Assembly (NCBI RefSeq): GCF_036321535.1
Contig: NC_087436.1
Coordinates: 102,550,001-102,614,000, forward strand
Direction: 5' to 3'
Origin: Camelus dromedarius
Lineage: Eukaryota
DNA length: 64,000 bases
Every line of letters begins with the position of its first letter. The stretch's first letter is position 1. The position numbers and the translations under genes are program-made. The notes under the pieces are model-generated. The model saw nothing but the letters and a program-made list of their open reading frames with translations, ran no database searches and was not told the origin of the DNA. Shown piece after piece: positions 62,675 to 64,000 of the stretch.

Positions 62675-63748
62675 TTTTCTTTTTTTTTTTTTTTTTAGTT
62701 AAGTATATTTACAGGCATAAAGTGCAACAGTCATAAATGTATATTTTCATTTGTCAGGTCTCTTCATAGAATCTGGAAACAGTGGGAGATAGATAGACAG
62801 GTGACAGATAGATTTATCATGAGGAATTCTCTGACATCATTACAGAGGTTGAGAAGTCTCATGATCTGATGGGTGCAAGCTGGGGACCCAGCAAAACCAA
62901 TAGTATAATCAGTCTGAGAACCAGGGGAGCTCATGTGGTGTAAATCCCAGTTCCCCAGTCAAAGAGCTGGAGAAAGTGAGATGAGATGTCCCAGCCCAAG
63001 CAGGCAGGCAGGCAGGCAGGAAGCAAAACAGGGCAAATTCCTCCTTCCTCTTGCATCATTTTACTCAGACTCTCTGGGGGTTGGACAATGCCCACGCATA
63101 TTCAAAAGGGTCATGTGCTTTATTGAGCCCACCAATTCAAATGCTAACCTTATACAGAAACACCATCACAGACACACCCAGACTTTGGGCACCCCATGGC
63201 CGTGACACATAAAACTAACCATCACAGTATTCAAAGAATAATAACTAAGAGAATACAGCCTTGTAACCGTACCTGTTGTCAGAGACCACCCCAGAACTTC
63301 TCCCTGACTTTATCCTATCCTTTGTCTGGAGTCCATCATCTTCTTGACACCCAATATTTTAGATTAGTTTTGCCTCTTTAAAACTTAACATAAATGGAAT
63401 CATGTAGTAAATATTCTGTGTCTGGGTTATTTTGTTCTGTTATGATTCTGCCTGCAGCAGCAGTAGTATACTCCATCTATTTCCTGTGTAATAGTCTGTA
63501 TTCTATACCTCAATTTATTTATTCTATTTTTAGTGGGCATTTAAGCTACACTTGGTCTTTTTGTAAAGCTACTGTATCCATCAATATGCTTGTAATTTTG
63601 TTGCACTTGTGCACACATTTTTGTTGAACATACACAGAGGAGACAAATTATGGGACCAAAGGGCATATGTATATTCGAATTTATTAATAGTAATAGAACA
63701 GTTTTCAAGGCCTGTTGTGCTCAATTGCACTTCCACTAGCAGAATGAA
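62675..63748 (-). mobile_element. L1ME-like 3' end split by MLT2
   Basis: Poly-T then CATAAAGTGCAACAGTCATAAATGTA; after the LTR TAGATTAGTTTTGCCT...ATAAATGGAATCAT...CACTTCCACTAGCAG. Confidence 0.75.
62746..63226 (-). mobile_element. ERVL solo LTR (MLT2B-like)
   Basis: GAGGTTGAGAAGTCTCATGATCTG...TGAGAACCAGGGGAGC...CAAATGCTAACC...GACACATAAAACTAACCATCACA; TSD ATATT/GTATT. Confidence 0.9.
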
Positions 63749-63789
63749 GTAAAAGGGGAATAAATTTATTACAGGGGAAAAAAAATAAC

Positions 63790-64000
63790 AAAGAGACTTG
63801 TCTGTTGGGGTTTTGGCACTGGATGGAAAGAAAAAAAAATCTCAAAAAAAAAATCTCTCCTGAGAATTCATACTCACAAAGTGGCCCTCATCTGGGTTTG
63901 CAGCTAGTGAGCTAAAACTTTCGAATTGAGAATTTATTTTTAAGTGATCCCATGTAAGTACCTTCAGGCACCAGAGAGAAGCAAACGCAAGTACTCTCCA
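63790..64000 (+). mobile_element. L1ME-type 5' region, runs off the window
   Basis: AAAATCTCTCCTGAGAATT...GCCCTCATCTGGGTTTGCAGC...TGAGAATTTATTTTTAAGTGATCCCA...CAGGCACCAGAGAGAAGCAAACGCAA. Confidence 0.6.

Noticed and set aside
1..64000. ORF-track entries as host protein-coding genes
   Set aside because: All are 130 aa or shorter, many have non-ATG starts, composition is biased as expected for AT-rich DNA, and I recognise no domains except L1 ORF2 and Charlie1 remnants.

Overview
AT-rich, CpG-depleted mammalian non-coding DNA (intergenic or deep intron), very probably from a camelid. Two tRNA-Ala-derived SINEs of the vic-1 type with target-site duplications (TSDs) are present. I see no Alu, BovB/Bov-tA or PRE1. 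I find no credible host protein-coding exon, RNA gene, CpG island or CRISPR array; the ORF track is noise plus decayed LINE-1 ORF2 and Charlie1 transposase fragments. A large part of the window is recognisable transposon debris (L1, L2, MIR, MaLR/ERVL/ERV1 LTRs, hAT elements), often nested. Most interesting: (1) a minus-strand 5' provirus remnant at 52.5-53.5 kb with a complete LTR, a tRNA-Arg(ACG) primer-binding site and a decayed class III-like gag; (2) two complementary MLT1B halves 36.5 kb apart in opposite orientation, which may mark an inversion; (3) a twin-primed (5'-inverted) L1 with a possible 3' transduction; (4) a MaLR LTR still carrying internal sequence; (5) several junction scars and short duplications. 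I do not see evidence for a new functional biological system. Repeat subfamily names come from remembered consensus motifs, boundaries of old elements are approximate, and all need RepeatMasker/Dfam confirmation.
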